Positions 47,900 through 56,490 of a DNA stretch of 64,000 bases are shown here, in pieces; the first letter of the stretch is position 1; each line of letters opens with the position of its first letter. This DNA is from a virus. A program made the translations under genes and the position numbers. The notes below the pieces were generated by a model that had not been told where the DNA came from, ran no database searches, and saw only the letters and a list, made by a program, of their open reading frames with translations. Location of the stretch: the IMG/VR virus record IMGVR_UViG_3300050821_003647, positions 1 through 64,000 of that record; one strand, given 5' to 3'.

Positions 47900-49140
47900 T
47901 GCCTACATTAATCAGCAAACGCATTGAGAACATGGATAATGACGAACTATTGAAAACCGTAGAGCTAATCAAACAACATGGGAGCTATAGAAAAACATCA
48001 CAAGCAACTGGAATACCACGTACCGAACTTGAAGCTCGTATGCTCTGCGCCTCGCGGCGCGGGCTAAACGGGCTCACACAGACCCCGCTACCAGAATTTG
48101 AAATTACACAAGTCACAACTGACGGGGATGGCAATCCAACCAGTGTTCAGTCTAAACCTGCTCCACTCGAACCATTCAAGCTTCATGATGGGTTGGAAAT
48201 CTACGGCATATCTTCTTTTTTAGATGCCGAAGGCCGAGTAACCCGTCAATGGATCAAGACCCGCCAAGGTAAAATCGAGGTAGACTGGTCTACGGTATTC
48301 AGTCAAGCCTTCAAAGACTACGAAGGTCGTGCAGTCCCAACCGCCAGCCCTGGCCATCTCAAAGAAGACCTTCTTACCCTTATACCGTGCAATGACTGGC
48401 ATATAAATATGATGGGGTGGGAACGTGAAGTTGGCGAAAATTGGGACGTGAAAATCGCTGAAAGGACCATCGGTGCGGCGATTAACGAGGTTATTCTCCG
48501 CAGTCCGCCAGCCAAAACCGCAGTTGTACTTGGTGGTGGCGACTTAATGCATAATGACGACAACACAAACCGTACCGCCAAATCCCACAATGTGCTAGAC
48601 TGCGATGGTCGCTTCCAAAAAGGGCTTGAAGCCGCCCAACGACTTAAGGTCCATACTATTGATGCCGCACTAAACAGACACGAAAATGTAATAGTTCGTG
48701 TACTTCAGGGGAACCATGATGAATACTCCAGTGTTGCGATCGGACATTTCCTGGCTGCATGGTATAGAAACGAACCAAGGGTGGTGGTGGACTTGGACGC
48801 ATCATTGTTCTGGTGGTATCGTTTCGGAAGTGTCCTCTTGGGGGCCACCCACGGGCACACTGTTAAGCTGTCCCAAATGCCACAAATCATGGCACATCGC
48901 CGCGCGCCAGACTGGGGTGCCACCAAATTCCGATACATCCACGGGTTCCACATCCACCACAAAGAAGTCTTGGCTACAGAAGGTCAAGGCGTGGTTTGTG
49001 AGGCCCACCAAGCCCCCATACCTCAAGACGCATGGCACTGGGGCTCAGGATTTCTATCAAACCGGTCTATGCAGACGATCACCTACCACCGCGACTATGG
49101 AGAGACCGGTCGTGTAAGAGAGGCAATTTTGGATGCCTAA
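47899..49140 (+). CDS. HTH domain fused to calcineurin-like metallophosphoesterase
   Basis: All five MPE blocks are present: NDWH, GGGDLMHND, GNHDE, ATHGH, HGFHIHH. N-terminal SYRKTSQATGIPRTELEARM looks like a helix-turn-helix. Confidence 0.75.
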   Translation: MPTLISKRIENMDNDELLKTVELIKQHGSYRKTSQATGIPRTELEARMLCASRRGLNGLTQTPLPEFEITQVTTDGDGNPTSVQSKPAPLEPFKLHDGLEIYGISSFLDAEGRVTRQWIKTRQGKIEVDWSTVFSQAFKDYEGRAVPTASPGHLKEDLLTLIPCNDWHINMMGWEREVGENWDVKIAERTIGAAINEVILRSPPAKTAVVLGGGDLMHNDDNTNRTAKSHNVLDCDGRFQKGLEAAQRLKVHTIDAALNRHENVIVRVLQGNHDEYSSVAIGHFLAAWYRNEPRVVVDLDASLFWWYRFGSVLLGATHGHTVKLSQMPQIMAHRRAPDWGATKFRYIHGFHIHHKEVLATEGQGVVCEAHQAPIPQDAWHWGSGFLSNRSMQTITYHRDYGETGRVREAILDA

Positions 49141-49474
49141 ATCATCCCCCCAACGAAAAGCCTATAATCGTGGTTATTATAAACATCGTAAGCAAATGTT
49201 TATAGAAGCCCAAATGAAATGTACCTACGGACCATACGCTGTTGATATTTGGCATATGGCGATAAGAGAACAAGTAGGACTTTGTAAAAATTGTGGAGGA
49301 CAGGGACTAGAAAGTAAAAAACGACAAGGACTTGAATATGATCATGACCATATAACCGGAAAATTTCGCGGATTGCTTTGTGGAAAATGTAATAAAGCGA
49401 TTGGGATGTTAGGCGATAACGAAGCTGGTATTCTTCGCGCGCTTTCATATATACGCGGAGATAGTAATGTTTGA
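49133..49474 (+). CDS. HNH endonuclease, endonuclease VII type
   Basis: CKNCGG..EYDHDHITGKFRGLLCGKCNKAIG. Overlaps the TerL start. Confidence 0.85.
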   Translation: MPKSSPQRKAYNRGYYKHRKQMFIEAQMKCTYGPYAVDIWHMAIREQVGLCKNCGGQGLESKKRQGLEYDHDHITGKFRGLLCGKCNKAIGMLGDNEAGILRALSYIRGDSNV

Positions 49475-50921
49475 TTACACAGCCCCACCTACAGTTGCTC
49501 AATTTGCCAAATCTGAAAAATACGGGCGCCTTATTGCGGGACCGGTGGGATCAGGTAAAACCACTGGTGTAATTGTAGAATTATTACGACGTGCATGGCA
49601 GCAAAGACCAGGAGATGACGGGTTAAAATATACACGCTTTGCTATTACCCGCCAGACACTTAAACAATTAAAGGATACGGTGTTGAAAGATTGCGATACT
49701 TGGTTAAGCGCAAACGGAATTGGAGAGTGGAAAGTCTCAGAAAGTTGCTACCATGTAAATTTCGACCGTGTACGAAGTGAATGGATATTTCTACCCCTGG
49801 AGGATGCAGCGGACCAAGGACGCTTACTCTCTATGCAGCTTACCGGTGCGTGGCTTAGTGAATGCATAGAAATGAATATAGACATACTTGGTCCTCTCTC
49901 TGGACGTATTGGACGATATCCTAGCGGAAGTAAAGGTGCCCCTACTTGGAACGGAATAGTCTGTGATACCAATATGCCACCTGAATTAACTCAATGGCAT
50001 AAGTTCATGACTGAACCTAGGATGGATTGGCAAATTTTTATTCAACCGTCGGGACTAGCCTGGAATGCTGAAAACCTTGACCATCTTCTCCAAACTGAAG
50101 ACACTCGTAAACTCCCAATTGGACATCCTGATAGGATCGCTCGTGGGCGCGAGTATTACAATAGGATGGTTCGCGATCATGGTATTGATAGTGATTATGT
50201 CAAGCGGTATGTGAAAGCGGAATATGGCGATGACCCAACAGGACGCGCAGTCTTTCGTGAAACCTTCCGATCCAATTGGCACGTTGTTGATGACACAAAT
50301 GTTATACCAGGATATCCTATACTTGTTGGGCAAGACTTCGGACGTGACCCTTGGTCTCTCATTTGTCAACCTGATCACATGGGAAGGCTTATCGTCCACG
50401 AAGAAATCCTTGCTGAGAACATCGGCCTTGAAAAACACTGTACTCAGTCCCTACGAGGACGCCTATTGCAGTCTAAGTATATGGGATGTAAAATAGCTCT
50501 AGTAGGAGACCCAGCCGGTGTCGCAAAATCAACCCACTCCGAAGAAACTAGTTTTGATCTCTTGGGAAGACTTGGTTTCCCTTGCTTCCCCGCTCCCACA
50601 AATGACCTTGATCCAAGACTGCGAGCCGTTGAAAGTTTCCTTGGTAGACACACCAACGGCGGACCCTCTATGCTTATCAATCGTGAGGGTTGTCCCCACC
50701 TCATTCGGGCGCTCGCTGGCGGATACAGATTTGAATTCGCTGCCCAAACAGGATTGAGGAAACCCACCCCACGTAAGGACGAATATTCCCACGTGTCAGA
50801 CTGTCTACAGTATGTATGTTTGGCCTGCCATGGCGGCATGCTGTACGGGATTGCACGAGAATTACAAGGATCAGGCCGAAAGCAAAAACAACTAGCTATG
50901 CCGTCAGGTGCCTGGACTTAG
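49467..50921 (+). CDS. terL: terminase large subunit
   Basis: Walker A AGPVGSGKTT. Acidic nuclease-domain residues in the C-terminal half. 484 aa. Confidence 0.85.
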   Translation: MFDYTAPPTVAQFAKSEKYGRLIAGPVGSGKTTGVIVELLRRAWQQRPGDDGLKYTRFAITRQTLKQLKDTVLKDCDTWLSANGIGEWKVSESCYHVNFDRVRSEWIFLPLEDAADQGRLLSMQLTGAWLSECIEMNIDILGPLSGRIGRYPSGSKGAPTWNGIVCDTNMPPELTQWHKFMTEPRMDWQIFIQPSGLAWNAENLDHLLQTEDTRKLPIGHPDRIARGREYYNRMVRDHGIDSDYVKRYVKAEYGDDPTGRAVFRETFRSNWHVVDDTNVIPGYPILVGQDFGRDPWSLICQPDHMGRLIVHEEILAENIGLEKHCTQSLRGRLLQSKYMGCKIALVGDPAGVAKSTHSEETSFDLLGRLGFPCFPAPTNDLDPRLRAVESFLGRHTNGGPSMLINREGCPHLIRALAGGYRFEFAAQTGLRKPTPRKDEYSHVSDCLQYVCLACHGGMLYGIARELQGSGRKQKQLAMPSGAWT

Positions 50922-51187
50922 TGTAGCGGCCACATTTTTGTCAAAAATCCTGACAATCCGGCAACAATAACCCCACCGATTACTCCAAATCCGCCTGCAA
51001 CCTTCCATTGTATCTTTTCAACTTCGGTAATCCTTTTACCCTGCTCACAGATTAATCTCTTAATTTCTTTCAAATCTTCTTGAACAGATTTCTCAAACCT
51101 GTCCATACGTTCAGGCAGCGTGGATACGACCCCCGCAATTTCGCCAAGTTGAAATCTAGTATTCTCGCGGTCTGACCGTTCTACCAT
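50918..51187 (-). CDS. tail-anchored coiled-coil membrane protein
   Basis: Charged helix followed by the C-terminal TM segment GGFGVIGGVIVAGLSGFL. Its stop codon overlaps the TerL stop on the opposite strand. Confidence 0.55.
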   Translation of the reverse strand: MVERSDRENTRFQLGEIAGVVSTLPERMDRFEKSVQEDLKEIKRLICEQGKRITEVEKIQWKVAGGFGVIGGVIVAGLSGFLTKMWPLH

Positions 51188-51225
51188 GGAACCCTACCTA
51201 TTACCTACGCGGTAACATAGGAAGG

Positions 51226-51492
51226 TTAAGCAGGCGTCTCTGGTTCCTCCTTGTCTATAGAGGGCGCCTCTGGCTTATAAGCATCCACCGAAGGAATGCA
51301 CGAATAAGACACTGCAACCTTAAAATCTCTGCCGTGCGCCTTTACCATATTATTTAATCCTATTAAAACCCATTTTTGAAAAATGGGAATAGCTTTCACG
51401 CAAGCAACTTTTGTGGGGTACTCCTGCACAGAATAAAGAAGGTTAGCATCACCTAACTGAATAAACCCTATGAGTGCGATTACTTTCCACAT
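51226..51492 (-). CDS. hypothetical secreted/membrane-anchored protein
   Basis: ATG at 51492 has a perfect AGGAGGA SD. Hydrophobic N-terminus MWKVIALIGFIQLG. Confidence 0.5.
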   Translation of the reverse strand: MWKVIALIGFIQLGDANLLYSVQEYPTKVACVKAIPIFQKWVLIGLNNMVKAHGRDFKVAVSYSCIPSVDAYKPEAPSIDKEEPETPA

Positions 51493-51685
51493 GGTGTCCT
51501 CCTGTGTTGGGTACTGCCCAGTATTCCCATACCCCTTCTTCCCTACGACGTTGTACCAGATGAACCTCGCCTTTTTCATACTGCTTCCATAATCGAGTAG
51601 CAATCCTATCCAAATGCTTGTTCCAACCAAGCAACCTATCATACATCAAAAATCCAATATGGTAAAGGATTGCATTATTATGCAT
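51449..51685 (-). CDS. hypothetical protein
   Basis: 78-aa ORF that overlaps both neighbours by a few codons. Confidence 0.35.
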   Translation of the reverse strand: MHNNAILYHIGFLMYDRLLGWNKHLDRIATRLWKQYEKGEVHLVQRRREEGVWEYWAVPNTGGHHVESNRTHRVYSVR

Positions 51686-52196
51686 TGATCAATTCCCACG
51701 CCTTATTTCGGTACTCTTCACTCATTTCGTATCCGATAGAGTGGATTGTATTCATTTTTAGCCCTAGAGGGGCCAATTTCTTCCTTAATTTACACACTAC
51801 AACGTCAACAATCTTAATATCTGTTTCTTCGTCTGGGTTCCCTCGGTTATCCTCTACCGCCATATGAAGCTGCTCCCGCGAAGCATGCCCCCGACGTAAG
51901 AGCACAAGTAAAATTCTGCTCTCTAGTTTTGTAGTCTTAAGCTTGCGAGCCATACGCATGGTAGTCTCGCGATCATCCTCACCAAGCTTATGAGCAGCCA
52001 CTGTAGGGGTACGTTTATCTCGGGGGGTAAGCGGTGGCCAATCTTCACGGGGCATTTCTAGAATTCTGCCGCTATTAACTGCCTCATGCAACAATTTACG
52101 AATATCAGACGAATTATGGCTTTGGCTAAAAATACGAGCTAGGGCTCCAATAGGTACACCCTCATCAGCAGCACGTACTATCTCGGTATTACTCAT
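51678..52196 (-). CDS. transcriptional regulator with OmpR/PhoB-type winged helix
   Basis: C-terminal LESRILLVLLRRGHASREQL...IKIVDVVVCKLRKKL...IHSIGYEM matches the Trans_reg_C pattern. ATG at 52196. Confidence 0.65.
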   Translation of the reverse strand: MSNTEIVRAADEGVPIGALARIFSQSHNSSDIRKLLHEAVNSGRILEMPREDWPPLTPRDKRTPTVAAHKLGEDDRETTMRMARKLKTTKLESRILLVLLRRGHASREQLHMAVEDNRGNPDEETDIKIVDVVVCKLRKKLAPLGLKMNTIHSIGYEMSEEYRNKAWELINA

Positions 52197-52298
52197 AATA
52201 ATCTCGTACGGGTCCGCCACCAACGCCCCCACTAGGCAGAGACTACTCGATGCCAGCGCCAGCGACGGACCCAATTCGCAAGCCTAGTCTGAGCAAGT

Positions 52299-52340
52299 TA
52301 AAAAGTCCCCTCCCCGTGGGGAGCAACAGGGAGGGGACTT
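52299..52340 (-). terminator. rho-independent terminator
   Basis: Minus strand: AAGTCCCCTCCC-N14-GGGAGGGGACTT followed by TTTAAC (five Ts counting the stem end). Lies downstream of 52350..52574. Confidence 0.75.
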
Positions 52341-52349
52341 TACACCGGA

Positions 52350-52574
52350 CTAAGTCTTGGCCGGCGGGTTAACCGGTGGAGTATTGGGGGGATTAAACCC
52401 ACGCTCAAGCTGCTGTACACGTAGTTCAAGCCGTAAGAAGTCAGCCTTGGCCACTGAGAACCAACCAGAAATCTCAGTCATAACCCACTGCAAGCCGTGC
52501 TTACCGACCTGATAGGTAAACACTAGAACCCCAAAGAGCGCAAACGCACGTAGAACCCAATCAGCCCAATTCAT
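52350..52574 (-). CDS. small membrane protein
   Basis: GGAGGG SD. TM segment VLRAFALFGVLVFTY. Confidence 0.55.
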   Translation of the reverse strand: MNWADWVLRAFALFGVLVFTYQVGKHGLQWVMTEISGWFSVAKADFLRLELRVQQLERGFNPPNTPPVNPPAKT

Positions 52575-52583
52575 GTTGCCCTC

Positions 52584-52829
52584 CTAAAACTCAATACCGT
52601 GTTTTCCATCTGGCGTTTGCCAACGAATAGCAAGCCAGCCGTGTTTTATATACATCCCAACTTCTTTATCATTTTCCTTGACGATCAACCGATGACGATC
52701 CCCGTCATTACGTTTATCAAGAAGCATAGTCACTGCGCCAACGACACGAAGCACAGACCCATCTGGATACATATATTCACGCCAGGCTTCATTTGAAATA
52801 TCAAACTTTGACATATCTTCCACTTTCAT
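52584..52829 (-). CDS. hypothetical protein
   Basis: ORF coupled to the upstream stop. Confidence 0.55.
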   Translation of the reverse strand: MKVEDMSKFDISNEAWREYMYPDGSVLRVVGAVTMLLDKRNDGDRHRLIVKENDKEVGMYIKHGWLAIRWQTPDGKHGIEF

Positions 52830-53131
52830 TACCCTACCTCCTGCTTTGGCTTAATTTCCTCTAGGAATTCAAGCAACGTTGTCTTTGGCACGGTTACATC
52901 TACACCCAAACGCTCGCTCTCGTCAAGTAGCTTGATGATCTTGGCAACCGTGAACTTACAGTACGCTTCCCGCATAACTAGTTGCGCATCATCATCCACT
53001 AACATCCAATTATCGTTAGGGGCTCTCCATCCAAAACGAGCAATATGAGCACGGCTACCCAAAGAACTCTGCAAGTTCTCAATCTGCCGTCGCAGCGCTT
53101 CGATTTTGGTTACCTGTTCGAATGTGATCAT
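52829..53131 (-). CDS. hypothetical protein
   Basis: ATG at 53131 with AGGTGG upstream. Confidence 0.5.
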   Translation of the reverse strand: MITFEQVTKIEALRRQIENLQSSLGSRAHIARFGWRAPNDNWMLVDDDAQLVMREAYCKFTVAKIIKLLDESERLGVDVTVPKTTLLEFLEEIKPKQEVG

Positions 53132-53162
53132 ATTCTTATCCCACCTACACCCTTTTAACCAT

Positions 53163-53540
53163 TCAAAACTGACCTGGGTCGAAGCCATGGGCTGCACAAA
53201 CCTCTAACGCATATTTCTTGAATGCAGCGTCGTGAGATTTCTTACCTCGGTTCACACAATTGTGTCGTTGGTGTACATGTATCATCTCATGCGCCATTGT
53301 CAACATCAAACTTGCCGTATGGTGGTGGTGGTTCTCTGAAATATCTATCGAGAATTCACACCTATCTCCAGGATCATGAATTGTGCAATGAGTACACCCC
53401 ATTGCTTGTCCCGTACCCTTAGCTGGTTTTGTTACCTTAAAACCGATATCTTCTCCATCCGGAAGGTTCCACTTGTTAAATGGTTCCGTCTCAGAAAGAT
53501 AATTATACGCTGCACGAAGTATCTCGGGAGTAAGCTGCAT
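53163..53540 (-). CDS. SprT-like zinc metalloprotease domain protein
   Basis: HEMIHVHQ (HExxH) with upstream Cys/His residues. 125 aa. Confidence 0.65.
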   Translation of the reverse strand: MQLTPEILRAAYNYLSETEPFNKWNLPDGEDIGFKVTKPAKGTGQAMGCTHCTIHDPGDRCEFSIDISENHHHHTASLMLTMAHEMIHVHQRHNCVNRGKKSHDAAFKKYALEVCAAHGFDPGQF

Positions 53541-53554
53541 TTATATTCACTCTT

Positions 53555-53875
53555 TTAAATACGTTGGAGATGCTTATTCAATAATCCCGCCATAAGCAAT
53601 GATGCCCCAGGAGACGGTGGCGCCCATACATATCTTGGGTACTGGTACACATCCTCCTGCTCTGGGTGTGGTGACCGCATGGCGATATAGATCATATCCG
53701 GCTGTGGAATACGATCGTGCTCAATATCGTTGATAAGTTCTCTGAGCACATCTACCGCGTTTTTCCAAGGTGCCTCAGGGGGCGGCCCAACCGCTGGGAT
53801 CGCCTTCTTTGGGAAATTCAAAATCTTCCCGCCCTTAAAGATTTCTGGTCCCAGTGGAAGCTTATCATCACTCAT
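53555..53875 (-). CDS. hypothetical protein
   Basis: ORF overlapping the upstream gene by 8 nt. Confidence 0.55.
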   Translation of the reverse strand: MSDDKLPLGPEIFKGGKILNFPKKAIPAVGPPPEAPWKNAVDVLRELINDIEHDRIPQPDMIYIAMRSPHPEQEDVYQYPRYVWAPPSPGASLLMAGLLNKHLQRI

Positions 53876-54083
53876 TGGCTTGAACCTTCTCTACAGGCCA
53901 CTCATGTACAGCAACATTTTGAGTTTCCGTCACCGTAAATTCTTGCGACTGTCCATCTGACAGAATATGCTTACTGATTGTAGTAACCAAGGATATGTTC
54001 GAAGGTCCTTTCACGGTAGAAAAGTTAGTTACCGTCACGGTAGCATGGTGATTATGTGCAGTCACTTTCACTGTAGTTGTCAT
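53868..54083 (-). CDS. hypothetical T/V-rich small protein
   Basis: AGGAGAG SD. Confidence 0.55.
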   Translation of the reverse strand: MTTTVKVTAHNHHATVTVTNFSTVKGPSNISLVTTISKHILSDGQSQEFTVTETQNVAVHEWPVEKVQANE

Positions 54084-54190
54084 TTCACTCTCCTATGTTA
54101 CCGTCACGGTAGATCGGGCTCCTGACCACAGCCGTAGCATTCTCGCGTACCTGTGGTTGGCTTTGTCGGTACGACTTCTACCGTGACGGT
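54028..54190. repeat. three copies of a TACCGT(C/G)ACGGTA palindromic box
   Basis: gttaccgtcacggtag occurs at 54028-54043 and 54097-54112. The inverse accgtcacggtag occurs at 54178-54190, abutting the tRNA-Asn 3' end. Confidence 0.7.
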
Positions 54191-54264
54191 GGAGACAGGA
54201 GTTGGGATTGAACCAACGACCAGCGGCTTAACAGACCACCGCTCTACCACTGAGCTATCCTGTC
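54190..54264 (-). tRNA. tRNA-Asn(GUU): tRNA-Asn (anticodon GUU), CCA encoded
   Basis: Hand-folded cloverleaf: acceptor GACAGGA/TCCTGTC, D arm GCTC/GAGC, anticodon loop CTGTTAA, T arm GTTGG-TTCAATC-CCAAC, 3' TCCA. Confidence 0.85.
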
Positions 54265-55036
54265 ATAGTCTCCAGAACGCGTCAAGCAACTCTTGCACCA
54301 GTCCACCTTGTGCCACTGCCGGCTTAGTAGACGGTGGAACGGTGGCAGGCTTAGGCGGTACAACTATTACAGGGTGTGATGGTGGCACCACTACAATCCC
54401 TGGCGATCCCGCGAACTGGATGCTCTTGTCGAGCAATTGCATGCGCTTGAGAATGGGGGCACACCCTTCTTGTACATCCACAGCACTATCCCTATAAACA
54501 TGATCAGCAACAAACTTTCCGGATGTGTACTGATCAGTCCCACTCCACACATAAGCAGAGGGAACACCACGAATAGCGTAACCCAGTCCATTGTATTCCT
54601 CCAACAGTGTAAGCGCGCCACCCGGGGTCCAGTCATGCCACAACGCTGCATGCGGAGGACAACTGATTAGAGCGTCCAATGCACCACGAAGCCAAGCATT
54701 ATTAAGGTTGTTATCGCCAGGATGATCAAGAAAAGGACCTCTACCCGCTGGATCATGCCGGGAGATTTCACTAAGCGGGTCCCCTTGACCAAGATTTTTG
54801 TCCCAATGCGGCGGTCCACCATATTCTCTCTCCGCAATTACCGCGATTGCAAACCACGGCACAGGTTGATAACCAGCAAGTTGCAAGCGAGAGGTGACAG
54901 CTTGAAACTGACCTTTGGAAGCAGGTTGGCATAATCGCTGCGCGGTACTATCAAATTTAGGCACGCGGGCAGCATCAAGCTTTACGTTATCCCACCGTTC
55001 CTGGTTCTTTTTGATCAGCGCAGGGATATCTGTCAT
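54263..55036 (-). CDS. lysozyme-family protein (COG5526-like), probable endolysin
   Basis: WFAIAVIAEREYGG..GQGDPL..GRGPF..GGALTLLEEYNGLGYA..GKFVAD..EGCAPILK matches the alphaproteobacterial 'lysozyme family protein' pattern as I remember it. Confidence 0.65.
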   Translation of the reverse strand: MTDIPALIKKNQERWDNVKLDAARVPKFDSTAQRLCQPASKGQFQAVTSRLQLAGYQPVPWFAIAVIAEREYGGPPHWDKNLGQGDPLSEISRHDPAGRGPFLDHPGDNNLNNAWLRGALDALISCPPHAALWHDWTPGGALTLLEEYNGLGYAIRGVPSAYVWSGTDQYTSGKFVADHVYRDSAVDVQEGCAPILKRMQLLDKSIQFAGSPGIVVVPPSHPVIVVPPKPATVPPSTKPAVAQGGLVQELLDAFWRL

Positions 55037-55047
55037 TTTTGTCTCCC

Positions 55048-55440
55048 TTAGGGTATTTGTCCTATATTTTTAGCAAGTGTGTTGTTATTACTTGGATGTA
55101 CGTTATCTCTTGCCGGGGAAAAAGATACTACCCTATCCTGGTTCAACCCTGCCACTTGTATCACCGCCTTTGCAGCACGTTGATTTATTGGCAGTATCCA
55201 AATTACCTTCCCGGTAATTTTCGTCCTGATACTTACAAGGTTCTCCGTCAGCCTAGGGTTATCCGGATCGTTACTCCCAGCAGAAATAATTACCACCGTT
55301 GCACTGTTTATTCGTGGGTCTTGCACCCGTCCAATAATTGCCGCAGACCCGATCCCTATCTTTGCATCCATAATACAATGCGGGAATTTATACGCCAAGT
55401 CAACTGCTATACTGTCACCGATTATCGCGCAATCGATCAT
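55048..55440 (-). CDS. minimal SGNH/GDSL-type hydrolase
   Basis: Block I IIGDSIA, block III SAGSNDP, block V DNVHP. 130 aa. ATG at 55440. Confidence 0.65.
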   Translation of the reverse strand: MIDCAIIGDSIAVDLAYKFPHCIMDAKIGIGSAAIIGRVQDPRINSATVVIISAGSNDPDNPRLTENLVSIRTKITGKVIWILPINQRAAKAVIQVAGLNQDRVVSFSPARDNVHPSNNNTLAKNIGQIP

Positions 55441-55442
55441 GA

Positions 55443-55802
55443 TCAATTCCCATCATCCACTAAGAAGCATCTTAAAACCCAAACCTCTTCTTCATAGTCA
55501 TACCGCCACCATGCCCTAGCATAACCAATTCTATTGGGTGTTATTAAAGAGCCTTTATCAACCGGATACCAAGTAACACTATCAGGTGCAAGAACTTCAT
55601 ATCCAGTTTCCGTGTTGCCATATCTCCATTCCGCAGCTACACCGTCAGCATCATCACAACATGGAATTTTGGAATTTGGTGCACGAAGGTTTTGTATCCA
55701 TTCTCGCTGCTCAGGGGTGAGTTTGTACTTTAGACCATCTGTGTCTACTGCATATGCGGATATAGACAGAAGCATGCATATTGTCAATATGAAACTACGC
55801 AT
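55443..55802 (-). CDS. secreted protein (signal peptide)
   Basis: ATG at 55802 with an AGGAGA SD. MRSFILTICMLLSISAYA followed by a Cys/Trp-rich domain. Confidence 0.6.
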   Translation of the reverse strand: MRSFILTICMLLSISAYAVDTDGLKYKLTPEQREWIQNLRAPNSKIPCCDDADGVAAEWRYGNTETGYEVLAPDSVTWYPVDKGSLITPNRIGYARAWWRYDYEEEVWVLRCFLVDDGN

Positions 55803-55938
55803 GTGGTCTCCTGTTAATCGAGTAGGCGTGATCCGACGCCTCGTTCTTTTTCTAGATGCGTCCCTGTGGTTATGCTCCACTAAGCCGATCCCAGGCGGGG
55901 AGAGGAATTACTCTTACCTCTAGGCTCTCGATCTCCTA

Positions 55939-56015
55939 TGGTCAGGGTGGCAGGATTTGAACCTACGACTTCCTCCTTCCAAGGGAGGTACGCTACCGGG
56001 CTACGTCACACCCTG
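55939..56015 (-). tRNA. tRNA-Pro(UGG): tRNA-Pro (anticodon UGG), CCA encoded
   Basis: Acceptor CAGGGTG/CACCCTG, anticodon stem CCTCC/GGAGG with loop CTTGGAA, T arm GTAGG-TTCAAAT-CCTGC, 3' ACCA. Confidence 0.85.
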
Positions 56016-56038
56016 TTACTGATCTAGGCGTCAACTGT

Positions 56039-56067
56039 TGGATATACGTGATCCCGCATAATGTCAA
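56039..56067 (-). promoter_or_regulatory. candidate sigma70-type promoter for tRNA-Pro and the downstream lysis genes
   Basis: Minus strand: TTGACA (56067-56062), then N17, then TATCCA; alternatively N15 then TATATC. About 25 nt upstream of the tRNA 5' end. Confidence 0.3.
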
Positions 56068-56088
56068 GTTATACATTTACGCGTATAT

Positions 56089-56321
56089 GGGGGCCACCTT
56101 ATACGCTTGCTGCCTTGGGGTGACCCCCTGACCGTGCCCTACTGCCGCAGCAGGGGGTGACACGGTGTAGTGTGTGGATAGCATAGAAAGGGGACCGAGG
56201 CAAGGGCTACTTGCGTGTCGGTCCCCTGTAGGTCCGAGATAATGCACCCGGTGGCCACCACCTACGTGGGACCGTGCTACCGTTAAGGGGTTAAGGTATC
56301 CTTAAGACCCTTAATATTTTT
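56089..56321. ncRNA. GC-rich, hairpin-dense non-coding segment (candidate structured RNA; strand unresolved)
   Basis: No credible ORF. Hairpins: ggggaccga/tcggtcccc (56190-56226), accgtg..cacggt (~56131-56166), ttaagg-tat-ccttaa followed by a T-run (56287-56321). Palindrome ggtggccacc. Confidence 0.3.
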
Positions 56322-56490
56322 CCCCAGAAATTTTGGAAACGAGTTGTCCATCTTTTAATACCCAATCCGTGACACCCCTCCTACCATACATAGGTAACTA
56401 TTTCCTTAACAGGGGTTTTGGTACCAAATATCACCGTGAAACACGTCTTCGCGTGCATAGGGGGCGGCGTCGGGACGGTGTACCTGGGGG

